Of a DNA stretch of 64,000 nucleotides, positions 9,760 through 19,025 are shown one piece after another (the stretch's first letter is position 1; each line of letters opens with the position of its first letter). Source of the DNA: a virus. Location of the stretch: the IMG/VR virus record IMGVR_UViG_3300048015_000072, positions 1-64,000 of that record. One strand, written 5' to 3'. A program made the position numbers and the translations under genes. The notes beneath the pieces were generated by a model that saw nothing but the letters and a program-made list of their open reading frames with translations, made no database searches and was not told the DNA's origin.

Positions 9760-10137
9760 ATGATTACCGCAAACGTCCTAAATCCAAATGCAGTGTTAAA
9801 TTCCTTTAAAATCGTCAATAGCCTCGATTTCGTTCCAGGATCGCCCCTCAAACTTATTTTACAGCTTTTTGATGATACCGAACAACTTCGGTTCGTACCC
9901 CCAACATCCGCGATAGTTTCAATCATGATTACTCAAACGGACAATACGCAGCTTTCAATTGTCGGTTCAATGAACCCAGATGATCGATCTTTGGTTACGT
10001 TCCAAATCAGTGGTCTGCAAACTACAAACTTGTTTGGTGGAAACATTCTTTTGAGCATTGATCTTTTGGGTGACGGTACAGACATCCAACTCGGTCTCGT
10101 TGAAAACGTATTAAGCAAACTCGCATTGAATTGCTAA
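9760..10137 (+). CDS. Putative virion protein (Ig/BppU-like beta sandwich)
   Basis: Beta-rich; downstream of an extended -10 promoter. Confidence 0.45.
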   Translation: MITANVLNPNAVLNSFKIVNSLDFVPGSPLKLILQLFDDTEQLRFVPPTSAIVSIMITQTDNTQLSIVGSMNPDDRSLVTFQISGLQTTNLFGGNILLSIDLLGDGTDIQLGLVENVLSKLALNC

Positions 10138-10146
10138 GGTTCAAAA

Positions 10147-10980
10147 ATGAATTCATTTAATGATGGTCTCAAATACGGAAGTAAAAACCTAAAACGAACC
10201 GAAGCATTGATTACGGTTCCAGAACTCAAGCGTTTATACCTTCACGGTATTGAAACTAGAGATAACGAGGGCGTTGAGCTTTCCGATGCGACCTACCAAT
10301 CCTACATTGATGCCGCAGTTTCTTGGATGGAACACTATCTCGACATCTACATTCAAGAGACGACGGTAGTTGAGGAAAAAGATTATTTTGGAAGCGACTA
10401 CGTTGAATGGGGTTTTTACCAATTAAACAATATTCCTGTAATTGCAGTTGATTCTTTGCTCGTGACGTATTTGAGAGACGGTAGCGGCGCTCCAGAGACC
10501 GCTCTTACTATTCCGCCAAATTGGTTTAGGTTACGCCCCCACGATGGCTTGCTGAGGCTTGTGCCAAACAATTCATTTCCTGCACAGCTCGCAATTGATT
10601 CTGGTGGAAGCTTTTTCCCAGAACTATTCAGGCGCTATTCAACCGTCCCGCAATTGTGGACGATCACCTACCGTGCGGGCTTTCCGGACGGATGCGTTCC
10701 CGCGTTAATTAACTTGGCAATTGGTCATTTAGCTGCTATATTTGCTTTAAATAACTCAGCGGATTTGATTCTTGGACAAGGTATCGCGTCTCAGTCTTTG
10801 TCGTTGGACGGCTTGTCCCAGTCGATTGGTTCTACTTCTTCCGCCGAAAATACAAACAACAGCGCGAAAGTTAAAGAATACTACAAAGTGCTGTTCGGAG
10901 AAACGATCAATTCTCCAAACCGGGGAATCATGAGGATCTTGAAAGACTATTGGTCTTCTGAATCGATCAACATCATTTAA
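10147..10980 (+). CDS. Head-tail adaptor (neck) protein
   Basis: YIDAAVSWMEHYLDI...ITYRAGF...P..I..AI...SLSLDGLSQS pattern typical of adaptors. Confidence 0.75.
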   Translation: MNSFNDGLKYGSKNLKRTEALITVPELKRLYLHGIETRDNEGVELSDATYQSYIDAAVSWMEHYLDIYIQETTVVEEKDYFGSDYVEWGFYQLNNIPVIAVDSLLVTYLRDGSGAPETALTIPPNWFRLRPHDGLLRLVPNNSFPAQLAIDSGGSFFPELFRRYSTVPQLWTITYRAGFPDGCVPALINLAIGHLAAIFALNNSADLILGQGIASQSLSLDGLSQSIGSTSSAENTNNSAKVKEYYKVLFGETINSPNRGIMRILKDYWSSESINII

Positions 10981-10987
10981 GGGTTTT

Positions 10988-11947
10988 ATGTCAGACGCAT
11001 TAAAAAAAGCTTTAAATGATTATGAAATTGAAAAAGCGGGTGAAGGATCGCGCGGCGGTAAAATAGTAGGCCATACAAAATCTGGAAAACCAATTTACGA
11101 AGCAAACGCTCATCAAGTTTCAAAACCAATGCAAGCTCCACAACCCGCCGTGGCTGCAAAACCAGAAGCTCCAAAAGCCGAAGAGCCGAAGTTAAACGAA
11201 ACCAAAAAAAATCCTTGGGATAGTTTGGTAAAGCCACACACGGTTACGGTTCACTACACTGCCAATGGTCAGTCAGGGCAAAAAGTTCTTACCAACGTAC
11301 AAGGCAGAAGCCATGAGCACGTTCACGAACAAGTCATGAATGCCCTCAAGAAACAGCCCCACGTTCAAATCAGTCGCTTAAAAATTGAATCTCAAAGGCA
11401 CAAAGACCTCAAAAAAGCTCAGATCATGACTAACGTGATCGGTACTAATCTCAATACCAACGAAGCTTCAATAGATGAGATGGCATTAAAAGACGATCCC
11501 TGGTTAGAAATTATAGAGAATCAAGTATTGAATTTGAAGTCTGGAGATCCGTTGATTTCAATCATGCTGGACGACAAAGAACTCCAACTTCAAAAAGAAG
11601 ACGACGGGTTATTTTCTGCATACCTTCGAGAAGCTGATCCAAAGTCAGGGAACATGGGTGCTTTGCTCATGAGGCTTCAAAAAACTGGGCTTCCTTCAAT
11701 AGTTCAAGCTTTGAAGCTTAAAAACTTTCTTCCCGAGATGGAAGTATCAGAATACGAAATGCCCAAACTTGAGCCAGAGCAAGTTAAAGAAGCAAATGTA
11801 TTTGAACAAATCGAAGAGTTAGTAAATACCCATGAAGAAAATTGGGAAGAGTTAGAAGGCACTCAAGCGGAGCAATCAGAAGACGCCAGAATGCTTGAGC
11901 TTGTTCGTCAATTATTGAGTTTTAAAAAATCAATGGAACTTGACTAA
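10988..11947 (+). CDS. Capsid cargo polyprotein, N-terminal part
   Basis: IEKAGEGSRGGKIVGHTKSGKPIYE module; in frame with 12074..13702 across a single TAA. Confidence 0.65.
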   Translation: MSDALKKALNDYEIEKAGEGSRGGKIVGHTKSGKPIYEANAHQVSKPMQAPQPAVAAKPEAPKAEEPKLNETKKNPWDSLVKPHTVTVHYTANGQSGQKVLTNVQGRSHEHVHEQVMNALKKQPHVQISRLKIESQRHKDLKKAQIMTNVIGTNLNTNEASIDEMALKDDPWLEIIENQVLNLKSGDPLISIMLDDKELQLQKEDDGLFSAYLREADPKSGNMGALLMRLQKTGLPSIVQALKLKNFLPEMEVSEYEMPKLEPEQVKEANVFEQIEELVNTHEENWEELEGTQAEQSEDARMLELVRQLLSFKKSMELD

Positions 11948-13702
11948 CTTACAGAACAGCTTGAAAAAGGTAAATCGTTTCCAGTAGGAACCCAAAGGAA
12001 TTGGGGCGGTCAAAACTACGTTAAGCACTCAGATGGGTGGATTGCGGTAGGTGGCCAACATCACGGAAAAAAGATGGGAGGGTTCCTAGAGGGGCCCAGT
12101 CATAAAGAATTCGCAGACCAACACGTAGAAAAACCAGAAGCTAAACAAACCGAACAAAGCAACAAAAAAGAAATTAGCGATTCGGATCGAAAAGCAAAAA
12201 TTGAAGCTAACGAAAAAAGGATTGCGGAACTGGAAGCTAAATTAAAAGCAGAAGCTTTAAAACCCGTTCCGAAAAAACCAAAAACTGAACTTCCAAAAGT
12301 TGAAACTCACGGTAAAACCTTGAACTCAGACCGCCTATCGATAAAATATCGAGGTAAGGTTGGTATTGACGGCAAGCCTTCTGCAATTCCTTATGAGTCT
12401 CCCAAAGAGTCAAACTGTAACTTGGTCGCTTTTGTAGCTTTCGGTAAAGCAAATAAAATCACCCAAAAGAAACTCAACGAACGACTGAACCAAGCCGAAA
12501 TTGTGCTTTCTGATATTGGGATCAAATTTAAAAACCCTATGGATTTCGTTTGCCAAAACCTTAGCAGTTCCAAAAATACTCAAGCCCAATACGTTCCCAT
12601 GAAAACCGATAACCCCAGAATTAACATTGTGGCCCTAGATAGCGGCATTACCAAAAGCCTGATGCACGAAATTGGACATGCTTTGGACTACTCAATGGAG
12701 ACAAAAAACGGAAGCGGGAGAATGTCGGAACTTTTAAGCAATAAATCAGAAGCAAGCCCCGAACTTAAATCCCTTTATTCTGAATTGAATTCAGTGGTTA
12801 AAAATTCCACGTATTACCAGCAAGCGGATTATAAACGTGCTCAGTATTTAAATAAACCTACGGAAGTGTTTGCGCGGGCTTTTGAGGTATATTGTTTTGC
12901 AAAGGGCAAAAAACTAGTTAAATCCAAAAAACTCTCAAATGAGTACTTAGAGGGTTTTAAGCCGGACGTTTTCAAAACCAAAAATGAAAAACTCGAAGAG
13001 CTTGTTTCATCTGACAAGGAGTTAACTGGAGAGTACTCTAAAACGTACTCTTTGGTTTCTGCCAAAAAGCGAGATTTATACAACCAAGCAAAATTAAATT
13101 TAAAGCTTACCCCAGAAGATTTGAGATTCGATGCTCCTAAAATCTCTGATAACTACGCTGCTATTGAACAAAAAAGTGAAGAACTTCAAAAAACCGACCC
13201 AGAGTATTTAAAGCTTCAAGCCAACGCCGATCAAATCGAAGAACAATTGAAAAGCATCCGCAAGCAACGAAATGCAATTGTGGAGTCCGGTAACGCGGAA
13301 ATATTAATCGATCCTGACAAACAAGCCGAATACGAGTCCAAAATTGTTAAAATCATGGATCTTATTTTGAAGAACGATGAAGTACGAAAATCCATGGAAG
13401 TTAATGAACTCATAAATTTACTTCAACCCGAAGAAAGCCTCGAAAAAGACGCCCCCTTCATTGGTTACAGCAAAGAAAAGAACAGCAAAGACGGCGGTCT
13501 CAATGATAAATACCGCGAAAAGTACAACCGCGAACACGGATCTCATTTGCAACGTCCAGTAACCGGAGAAGTAAAACAAGGATCAAAAGCCGCAAAACGG
13601 CGTAAAAGCTTTTGTGCGAGGATGTCTGGCGTAACTGGACCAACCAGCAAAGACGGCAAGCTTACTCCAAAGGGAGCGGCACTGAAACGTTGGAAGTGTT
13701 AG
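11948..13702 (+). CDS. Capsid cargo polyprotein, C-terminal part: zincin/LPD1-like domain plus DUF6321-like module
   Basis: HEIGHALDY (HExxH) and EVFARAFEVY (LPD1-like); C-terminal GGLN...RRKSFCARMSG...ALKRWKC; frame is open from 11948 though the first ATG is at 12074. Confidence 0.65.
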   Translation, partial: LTEQLEKGKSFPVGTQRNWGGQNYVKHSDGWIAVGGQHHGKKMGGFLEGPSHKEFADQHVEKPEAKQTEQSNKKEISDSDRKAKIEANEKRIAELEAKLKAEALKPVPKKPKTELPKVETHGKTLNSDRLSIKYRGKVGIDGKPSAIPYESPKESNCNLVAFVAFGKANKITQKKLNERLNQAEIVLSDIGIKFKNPMDFVCQNLSSSKNTQAQYVPMKTDNPRINIVALDSGITKSLMHEIGHALDYSMETKNGSGRMSELLSNKSEASPELKSLYSELNSVVKNSTYYQQADYKRAQYLNKPTEVFARAFEVYCFAKGKKLVKSKKLSNEYLEGFKPDVFKTKNEKLEELVSSDKELTGEYSKTYSLVSAKKRDLYNQAKLNLKLTPEDLRFDAPKISDNYAAIEQKSEELQKTDPEYLKLQANADQIEEQLKSIRKQRNAIVESGNAEILIDPDKQAEYESKIVKIMDLILKNDEVRKSMEVNELINLLQPEESLEKDAPFIGYSKEKNSKDGGLNDKYREKYNREHGSHLQRPVTGEVKQGSKAAKRRKSFCARMSGVTGPTSKDGKLTPKGAALKRWKC

Positions 13703-13817
13703 TTTTTGATATGCAAATAATTTCCGCGAGAGATTGCAAGGTTAAATAGACCCAAGGTTAAATAAACCCTTTAAAATTGACCGGAATTTCGCCTATAATA
13801 GTGGAACGGGGTATTAC

Positions 13818-16067
13818 ATGAGCAAAATTGACGAAGAAATCGATGAAATTGCGGAAGCGTTAGAAAAAGCAGGGCATCCAGGATTGTGGGCGAATATTCA
13901 CGCTAAGCGCGAACGAATTGAGCATGGATCAAAAGAACGCATGAGATCCCCAAAAAGTCCAAACGCACCCTCAAAGCAAGACTTCATTAATTCTCAAAGC
14001 AAAAAAGTTGAAAAAGCAGATGAAGGCACCAACAACGAAATGGCCGAATCGGATGTTAACAACATTGAGGACAAAGCAGAATATTTGAATCAGTTAATGC
14101 AAGAGATGCACGAGTCAGAAGATGCTCCTGCTTGGATGATTGAAAAAATCGGAGAAGCTAAAACTCATATCCAAGACGTTATGGATTATGTGAAAGGTCA
14201 AAAAGATCATATGGAAAAATCCGGAAAAATTGGCGAAGGCTCGCGCGGCGGGAAGATAGTTGGACATTCCAAATCCGGCGAACCAATTTATGAATCGGCC
14301 AAAAAAGAGATCCCTAAGATCGGTGCGGCTAAAAACGCTTTCCCCTCTAAAGAAGATATGAAAAAGATTGAACCTCACATGCATGGTCGTGCTGCCGAAG
14401 ATCATGATTTTTCGGCTCATCATGCCATTGAAGCTCACGACGCTGATGCCGCAGCAAAACACATGGCAATGAGTCGAGCGCATTTTGCGCACGCTAGTGA
14501 ACGCTATTCCGATGCGGATAAAGCAGAACTTCATCAGCACGCTGAAAATGGCGGAGCTGAACACGTTAAAAAACAAGCCAAGATGTTAGTTGCCGAAGCT
14601 AAACACGGAAGAAATTCACCCGAGCATAAAGCAGCTGAACTGGATTTTCATGATCATGTCGCAGGTTTGGGAAATGGCCCATCCAGCAAAATGTCCCGAG
14701 AAAAAGCAAAACACATGCGAGCAGAAGCTAAGGAAAAGAAACCAATGAAAAAATCAATCGACACTTTACTCGAAACCGTTCGAGCCATGGGTTCGGAAGC
14801 TCTTAAAAAAGCCATTCCAAATCTTACTGAAAGCCAAAAAGAATTACTTAAAGAAGCTCTTGCCAAGGCATATAAAGAGCCAGTTTCAATGGACGCAGAA
14901 CAGCCCAAAGACGGTCAAGAACTCATCGAACTGGATTCGGTAAAAGGTAAAGCCAAAGACAGAGGTCGTCACAATCAAGAAGACGAAAAAATGGTTAAAG
15001 AAGAAGCTGACGACATCAAACACCAGGGCGACAACGAGCCAGAAGGTTTTGAAGGTCAAGTTATCAAAGCAATGCCTGAAGCAATGATGAAAGAAGAGCA
15101 CAAGATGGAACCGAAAATGGAAATGAAAGACGCTAATCCAATGGAACTCGCAGAACGTATGAAAGCTCGCGGGATGAAAAAAGAAGATGCAATGGCTAAA
15201 CTTAAAGAGCGAGGCCATCATGACATCGCAGCGGAACTCGACAAATGCTGGGACATGAAAAAATCCATGGAAATGAACCCCGCCGAAGAAGCTGAGCATC
15301 AAGAAGAAATGAAAGACAAAAAGGAAGCCAAAAAGAAAAACTCTGAAATCAAAATGGAAGCTAAAAAAGAAGAAAAAGCTGCCATGCCCAAGATGGAAAA
15401 AAGCGTTCAGTGGTCGGAAGGTACTTCAAAACTATTAAAAGTCTCAACTCGTAGGGGCCAGAACGCACATTACAGCGTGGAAGACTATTTGCTCAAATCG
15501 GAGACAGAAACCCAAGAAAAGCTCAAAAAGGGTCAATACCTGAACGAAGAAGGCCAACCATTGATTAAAAGCGTTCAAAAGGTCGATATTAACGATTTGA
15601 TCGAAAAGGGTATGGACTACAGCCAAGACCAAGTAGAACGTCTCCAGGGGCTTGCTAAAACGTCTAAAACGGGTGCTTTCACAGTATCCAGCTTCACCGA
15701 CGAAGATATGGCTAAAGCGATGCCAATGGCAGTTGAGCCGATGGGCCATAAAATGCCGGGTGCTACAGATGAATCTGAGCACATTGGCCGTACGGGTTCA
15801 AACAAACCCGTTTCCAAAGATAGCTTCATGAGAAGTGAAGACTACGATGACGAAGACCATAAAGACGCTGCAAAACTCCATAAAGCTTGTGCAGATGATT
15901 GCCATGAAAAGATGCGCAAATGCGACATGGGACATGAGCGCATGGAACTTGAAAAGTCACGCGACCATCACGACCTTTCAGCCGAATACCATGATTGCAA
16001 AGCTTGTGGGATGCATGACAAAGCAGAAGGCATCAAACAAGAACTTCATAAATGCTGGATGATGTAA
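13818..16067 (+). CDS. Large modular capsid cargo polyprotein
   Basis: About 15 hydrophobic-x-K-S/A/G motifs separating modules (GLWANIHAKRER, GEGSRGGKIVGHSKSG, His-rich helices, Cys/His-rich C-terminus). Confidence 0.7.
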   Translation: MSKIDEEIDEIAEALEKAGHPGLWANIHAKRERIEHGSKERMRSPKSPNAPSKQDFINSQSKKVEKADEGTNNEMAESDVNNIEDKAEYLNQLMQEMHESEDAPAWMIEKIGEAKTHIQDVMDYVKGQKDHMEKSGKIGEGSRGGKIVGHSKSGEPIYESAKKEIPKIGAAKNAFPSKEDMKKIEPHMHGRAAEDHDFSAHHAIEAHDADAAAKHMAMSRAHFAHASERYSDADKAELHQHAENGGAEHVKKQAKMLVAEAKHGRNSPEHKAAELDFHDHVAGLGNGPSSKMSREKAKHMRAEAKEKKPMKKSIDTLLETVRAMGSEALKKAIPNLTESQKELLKEALAKAYKEPVSMDAEQPKDGQELIELDSVKGKAKDRGRHNQEDEKMVKEEADDIKHQGDNEPEGFEGQVIKAMPEAMMKEEHKMEPKMEMKDANPMELAERMKARGMKKEDAMAKLKERGHHDIAAELDKCWDMKKSMEMNPAEEAEHQEEMKDKKEAKKKNSEIKMEAKKEEKAAMPKMEKSVQWSEGTSKLLKVSTRRGQNAHYSVEDYLLKSETETQEKLKKGQYLNEEGQPLIKSVQKVDINDLIEKGMDYSQDQVERLQGLAKTSKTGAFTVSSFTDEDMAKAMPMAVEPMGHKMPGATDESEHIGRTGSNKPVSKDSFMRSEDYDDEDHKDAAKLHKACADDCHEKMRKCDMGHERMELEKSRDHHDLSAEYHDCKACGMHDKAEGIKQELHKCWMM

Positions 16068-16113
16068 TCTCGTTCCTTGAAAATAGCCGCCCTATTTTGA
16101 CTTAAAATAGGGT

Positions 16114-16896
16114 ATGGCTAATCCCCCCGCATGGACCAATAAAAAACCAGTAACCTATCCGAAGACTCAAATCTCGACCAAAGCGAGAGTGAGTCTAAAC
16201 GCCGCGGCTTTTGACGAAATGGTGAAGCAACAAGGTATATTTGTAAAATGCTACCGCACTTTGCTTTGCCCGAACGTAAAAGACATTGATGGGGGACAAC
16301 ACGAGATTGATTGCCCGCTTTGCAAGGGTTCAAACTTTTACGATACTCATTGCATTGAGACAATGGCGTTCATTCAGTCCCAAGCTGGAAACATAGCTCC
16401 CGAAGCCGAAGGCCTAATCGATCAATTTTCAGCCTATGCCACTTTTCTTCAGGGTATCAACCTTCAGTATTTCACCCTTGTTGAGGTTCCCGACCATTAC
16501 GACACTTTTATAGAAAGAATCAAACGTCAGCCAGGACCAATTGACCTACTGAAATACAAAGCAATCGAAGTAAACACTTTGGTAGATTCCAACGGTAAAG
16601 AATATTACTGCGGTAACGATTTTACGATTGATGTAAACGGGAATATCTTGTGGAAGGCCAACCGCGGCCCGGCAGTTTCCACCATCTACAGCATTCACTA
16701 CAACATCACATTGCAATTTCGAGCTGTAAAAGCGATTCACGTTAATCGTTTTGCACAAGTTTCAAATGGCGCTAACATTGAAATGACCCGGATGAACGAA
16801 CAGTGGGCTCTAGAAAAGGTTTATCTAGCGGAACGTAAAGATTTTCGAGGAAGCCTTCTTTCTCCAAACCTGATTAGAGATCCCGACGAACCCTAA
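16114..16896 (+). CDS. Head closure/neck protein
   Basis: FDEMVKQQG...CP...CPLCKG Zn motif, as in SPO1/Twort-like neck proteins. Confidence 0.7.
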   Translation: MANPPAWTNKKPVTYPKTQISTKARVSLNAAAFDEMVKQQGIFVKCYRTLLCPNVKDIDGGQHEIDCPLCKGSNFYDTHCIETMAFIQSQAGNIAPEAEGLIDQFSAYATFLQGINLQYFTLVEVPDHYDTFIERIKRQPGPIDLLKYKAIEVNTLVDSNGKEYYCGNDFTIDVNGNILWKANRGPAVSTIYSIHYNITLQFRAVKAIHVNRFAQVSNGANIEMTRMNEQWALEKVYLAERKDFRGSLLSPNLIRDPDEP

Positions 16897-16903
16897 GCGT
16901 TAC

Positions 16904-17203
16904 TTATTTGTCCGAATACAAATTCGATTCAATTCGAAGAATTTCAGACACCAAAAAAATTTTCGCTGTTTTCAAACACTCTTTCGTTACCCGATTCTTG
17001 ACTTGAGGTAAAAGTAAATTAACCAAGTAAAGCGTCTCCTTGGTCTCCGTCAAAGAAAACAAGCTATTATCGCAATTTGATAAAAGCCATTCCCATTCTT
17101 CGAGAAGTTGTTCCTTAGTGAAACAATTCAAATTTCGAATGTAATCGCTTTTAAAAGCTTCTACGTTCATTTGAATTTGGATTGACTCATGTTTTCTCTG
17201 CAT
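16904..17203 (-). CDS. Hypothetical protein
   Basis: ATG 17203 preceded by GGAGG, the likely true start. Confidence 0.5.
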   Translation of the reverse strand: MQRKHESIQIQMNVEAFKSDYIRNLNCFTKEQLLEEWEWLLSNCDNSLFSLTETKETLYLVNLLLPQVKNRVTKECLKTAKIFLVSEILRIESNLYSDK

Positions 17204-17323
17204 ACGTTCAGCCTCCGTTAAAAAAAAATTCATTTGAAGTCCTGCCCACCCATTACTCTTCGGAAGTCGTGTAAAAAACATGAGCAAAAAACAGTAAATT
17301 CACCACAAATGGTAAAATAAATT

Positions 17324-17551
17324 ATGGACCGAAGAAAGTCTGATGATTTCATAGATTTAATCGATGAAATTGGCGAAAAACGCGCAAGTTTATTAGAAGA
17401 TATTATTTTTTTAATAGAAAATGATAACCTAGACCAAATTCGGTCGTACCTCGGAGATCCAGACGTACTGCGGTTCTTGCTGGATGGCGAAATAGAATAC
17501 CTTGACGAGTACTGCATGAAGTTCCCCAACCTAAAACCCCTTTTAAACTGA
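17324..17551 (+). CDS. Small acidic hypothetical protein (leaderless)
   Basis: TGGTAAAAT ends 5 nt upstream of the ATG. Confidence 0.5.
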   Translation: MDRRKSDDFIDLIDEIGEKRASLLEDIIFLIENDNLDQIRSYLGDPDVLRFLLDGEIEYLDEYCMKFPNLKPLLN

Positions 17552-17977
17552 TTAGAAATTCCAACTGAAAACAAGTTTGACAGTGTTTTCGTTACCAACA
17601 AGCTGAATCGAATCCACGTAATTTAAAACCGCATATCGATTTTCGAGATTGGTTGAAGTAATCTTTCTGGTATCTCCGTTTAAATAAGATCCGAATATGA
17701 TCTTGCTTTCGCCCTTGGCGTACTGATTCGTAAATTTAATCCCCAAAGTTTGATTTTTTGCTCCGAGCACAGTTGCCGCTAAAATAGCCGGTACTGCCGC
17801 TTCTGGACCTATGGTCTTCTGAGCCCGGTAGGTCATGTTGTCTTGAAACTTTCTTGCGTCGTCATGAAACCCGCTTTGAACCGAAGAAGCCGCCAAACCC
17901 TTTACACAGGCTTGATTGTAGCCACTCGGACCCAAGGCTAGATTACCGCACAACAGTGCAATTAGCAAACTATCCAT
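17552..17977 (-). CDS. Putative secreted/outer-membrane protein (leaderless)
   Basis: Hydrophobic N-terminus; ends VKLVFSWNF (beta-signal-like); TATAAT ends 6 nt before the ATG. Confidence 0.5.
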   Translation of the reverse strand: MDSLLIALLCGNLALGPSGYNQACVKGLAASSVQSGFHDDARKFQDNMTYRAQKTIGPEAAVPAILAATVLGAKNQTLGIKFTNQYAKGESKIIFGSYLNGDTRKITSTNLENRYAVLNYVDSIQLVGNENTVKLVFSWNF

Positions 17978-18049
17978 GTTTGTATTATACCCAAAGGTTA
18001 AATAAAAGCCGAGTTAATTAAAAAGTGTGCCAAAATGATAAAATCGGTC

Positions 18050-18862
18050 ATGGCAAAAAAAGGTGAGTTTAATATTGAGATTCGAGCTGAAGAGCTTGGG
18101 CTAAACCTTCAAAAGCTTTCAGGCGAATTAGAGAACGCCCTCAAACAAGCCATCTCAGATGTGGCCGATGCTACCTACGCGAATATCGTTGCAAAAGCTC
18201 AGGCTCAATTAAATGGAACTAGGGCTGATTATTTGGCCGGGTTAAGCAAACAGCAAATCGGTGAAGATTCATATTTGATCTCCCTGGATACGGATTGGTC
18301 CAATATGATCGAAAAGGGCTGGTCCGGCGAAGAAATGAAAAAGCGTATGCTTTCATCAAGCCGAATTGTTCAACAAGGATCTAGAGCGGGACAGCCTTGG
18401 GTTAGGACCGCAAAGGACGGCCACAAATACGCCGCAGTACCCTTTGAGCATCAACCCAGTAGCAAAGCCATAGGGTCAGATTTGGCTTCAGCCATCAAAG
18501 GTTTAAAGGCTAATAACTCCAGCGGTGCAAAACAAAGCATCACCAAAATATTTCGAGACATCAACGGTAATGCAATCGATAGCGGATCAGGAAAAAACAG
18601 TACCCCAGTCGCTAGAGTTACAGACAACTCAGGGCTACCTCCGGAGCTTGCGAGCAAAATTGGGGGCATGGTTAAATATCAACGTGTAACCAAAAATGAA
18701 AAGACGGGCAAAGAAGTAGTCCAATCGATTTACCATACTTACCGAGTTATTAGCGAGGCGGGTAAAACCTGGAAGGGTTACAAGGGTCTCAAAGCTTTCG
18801 ACGATGCAGAAGCTTTCGTATCTGAACAAATCGATAACATTCTCAAAAGCTTTTTAAAGTAA
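18050..18862 (+). CDS. Neck/tail completion protein
   Basis: Position and AQLNGTRADYL...MIEKG motif; ATG 18050 lies 5 nt after TGATAAAAT. Confidence 0.6.
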   Translation: MAKKGEFNIEIRAEELGLNLQKLSGELENALKQAISDVADATYANIVAKAQAQLNGTRADYLAGLSKQQIGEDSYLISLDTDWSNMIEKGWSGEEMKKRMLSSSRIVQQGSRAGQPWVRTAKDGHKYAAVPFEHQPSSKAIGSDLASAIKGLKANNSSGAKQSITKIFRDINGNAIDSGSGKNSTPVARVTDNSGLPPELASKIGGMVKYQRVTKNEKTGKEVVQSIYHTYRVISEAGKTWKGYKGLKAFDDAEAFVSEQIDNILKSFLK

Positions 18863-18894
18863 ATCGGATCGCACAAAAGCATTAAAATAGATCT

Positions 18895-19004
18895 TGAGGT
18901 AGCGGTGCATTCGCGATGCACGTTCGGGCCAAAATCCCGATGCGAAGGTGGGCATACGCAGCTTTTATCCACGACGGTCTTTCTAAAACGGGACCTACCT
19001 TACC
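18895..19004 (+). ncRNA. Candidate tRNA-like structured ncRNA (about 110 nt)
   Basis: Closing stem TGAGGTAG/CTACCTTA, four internal hairpins, possible pseudoknot; 5' end 6 nt after TAAAAT. Confidence 0.65.
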
Positions 19005-19025
19005 TTTTCTTTCCCTGGAGTTACT

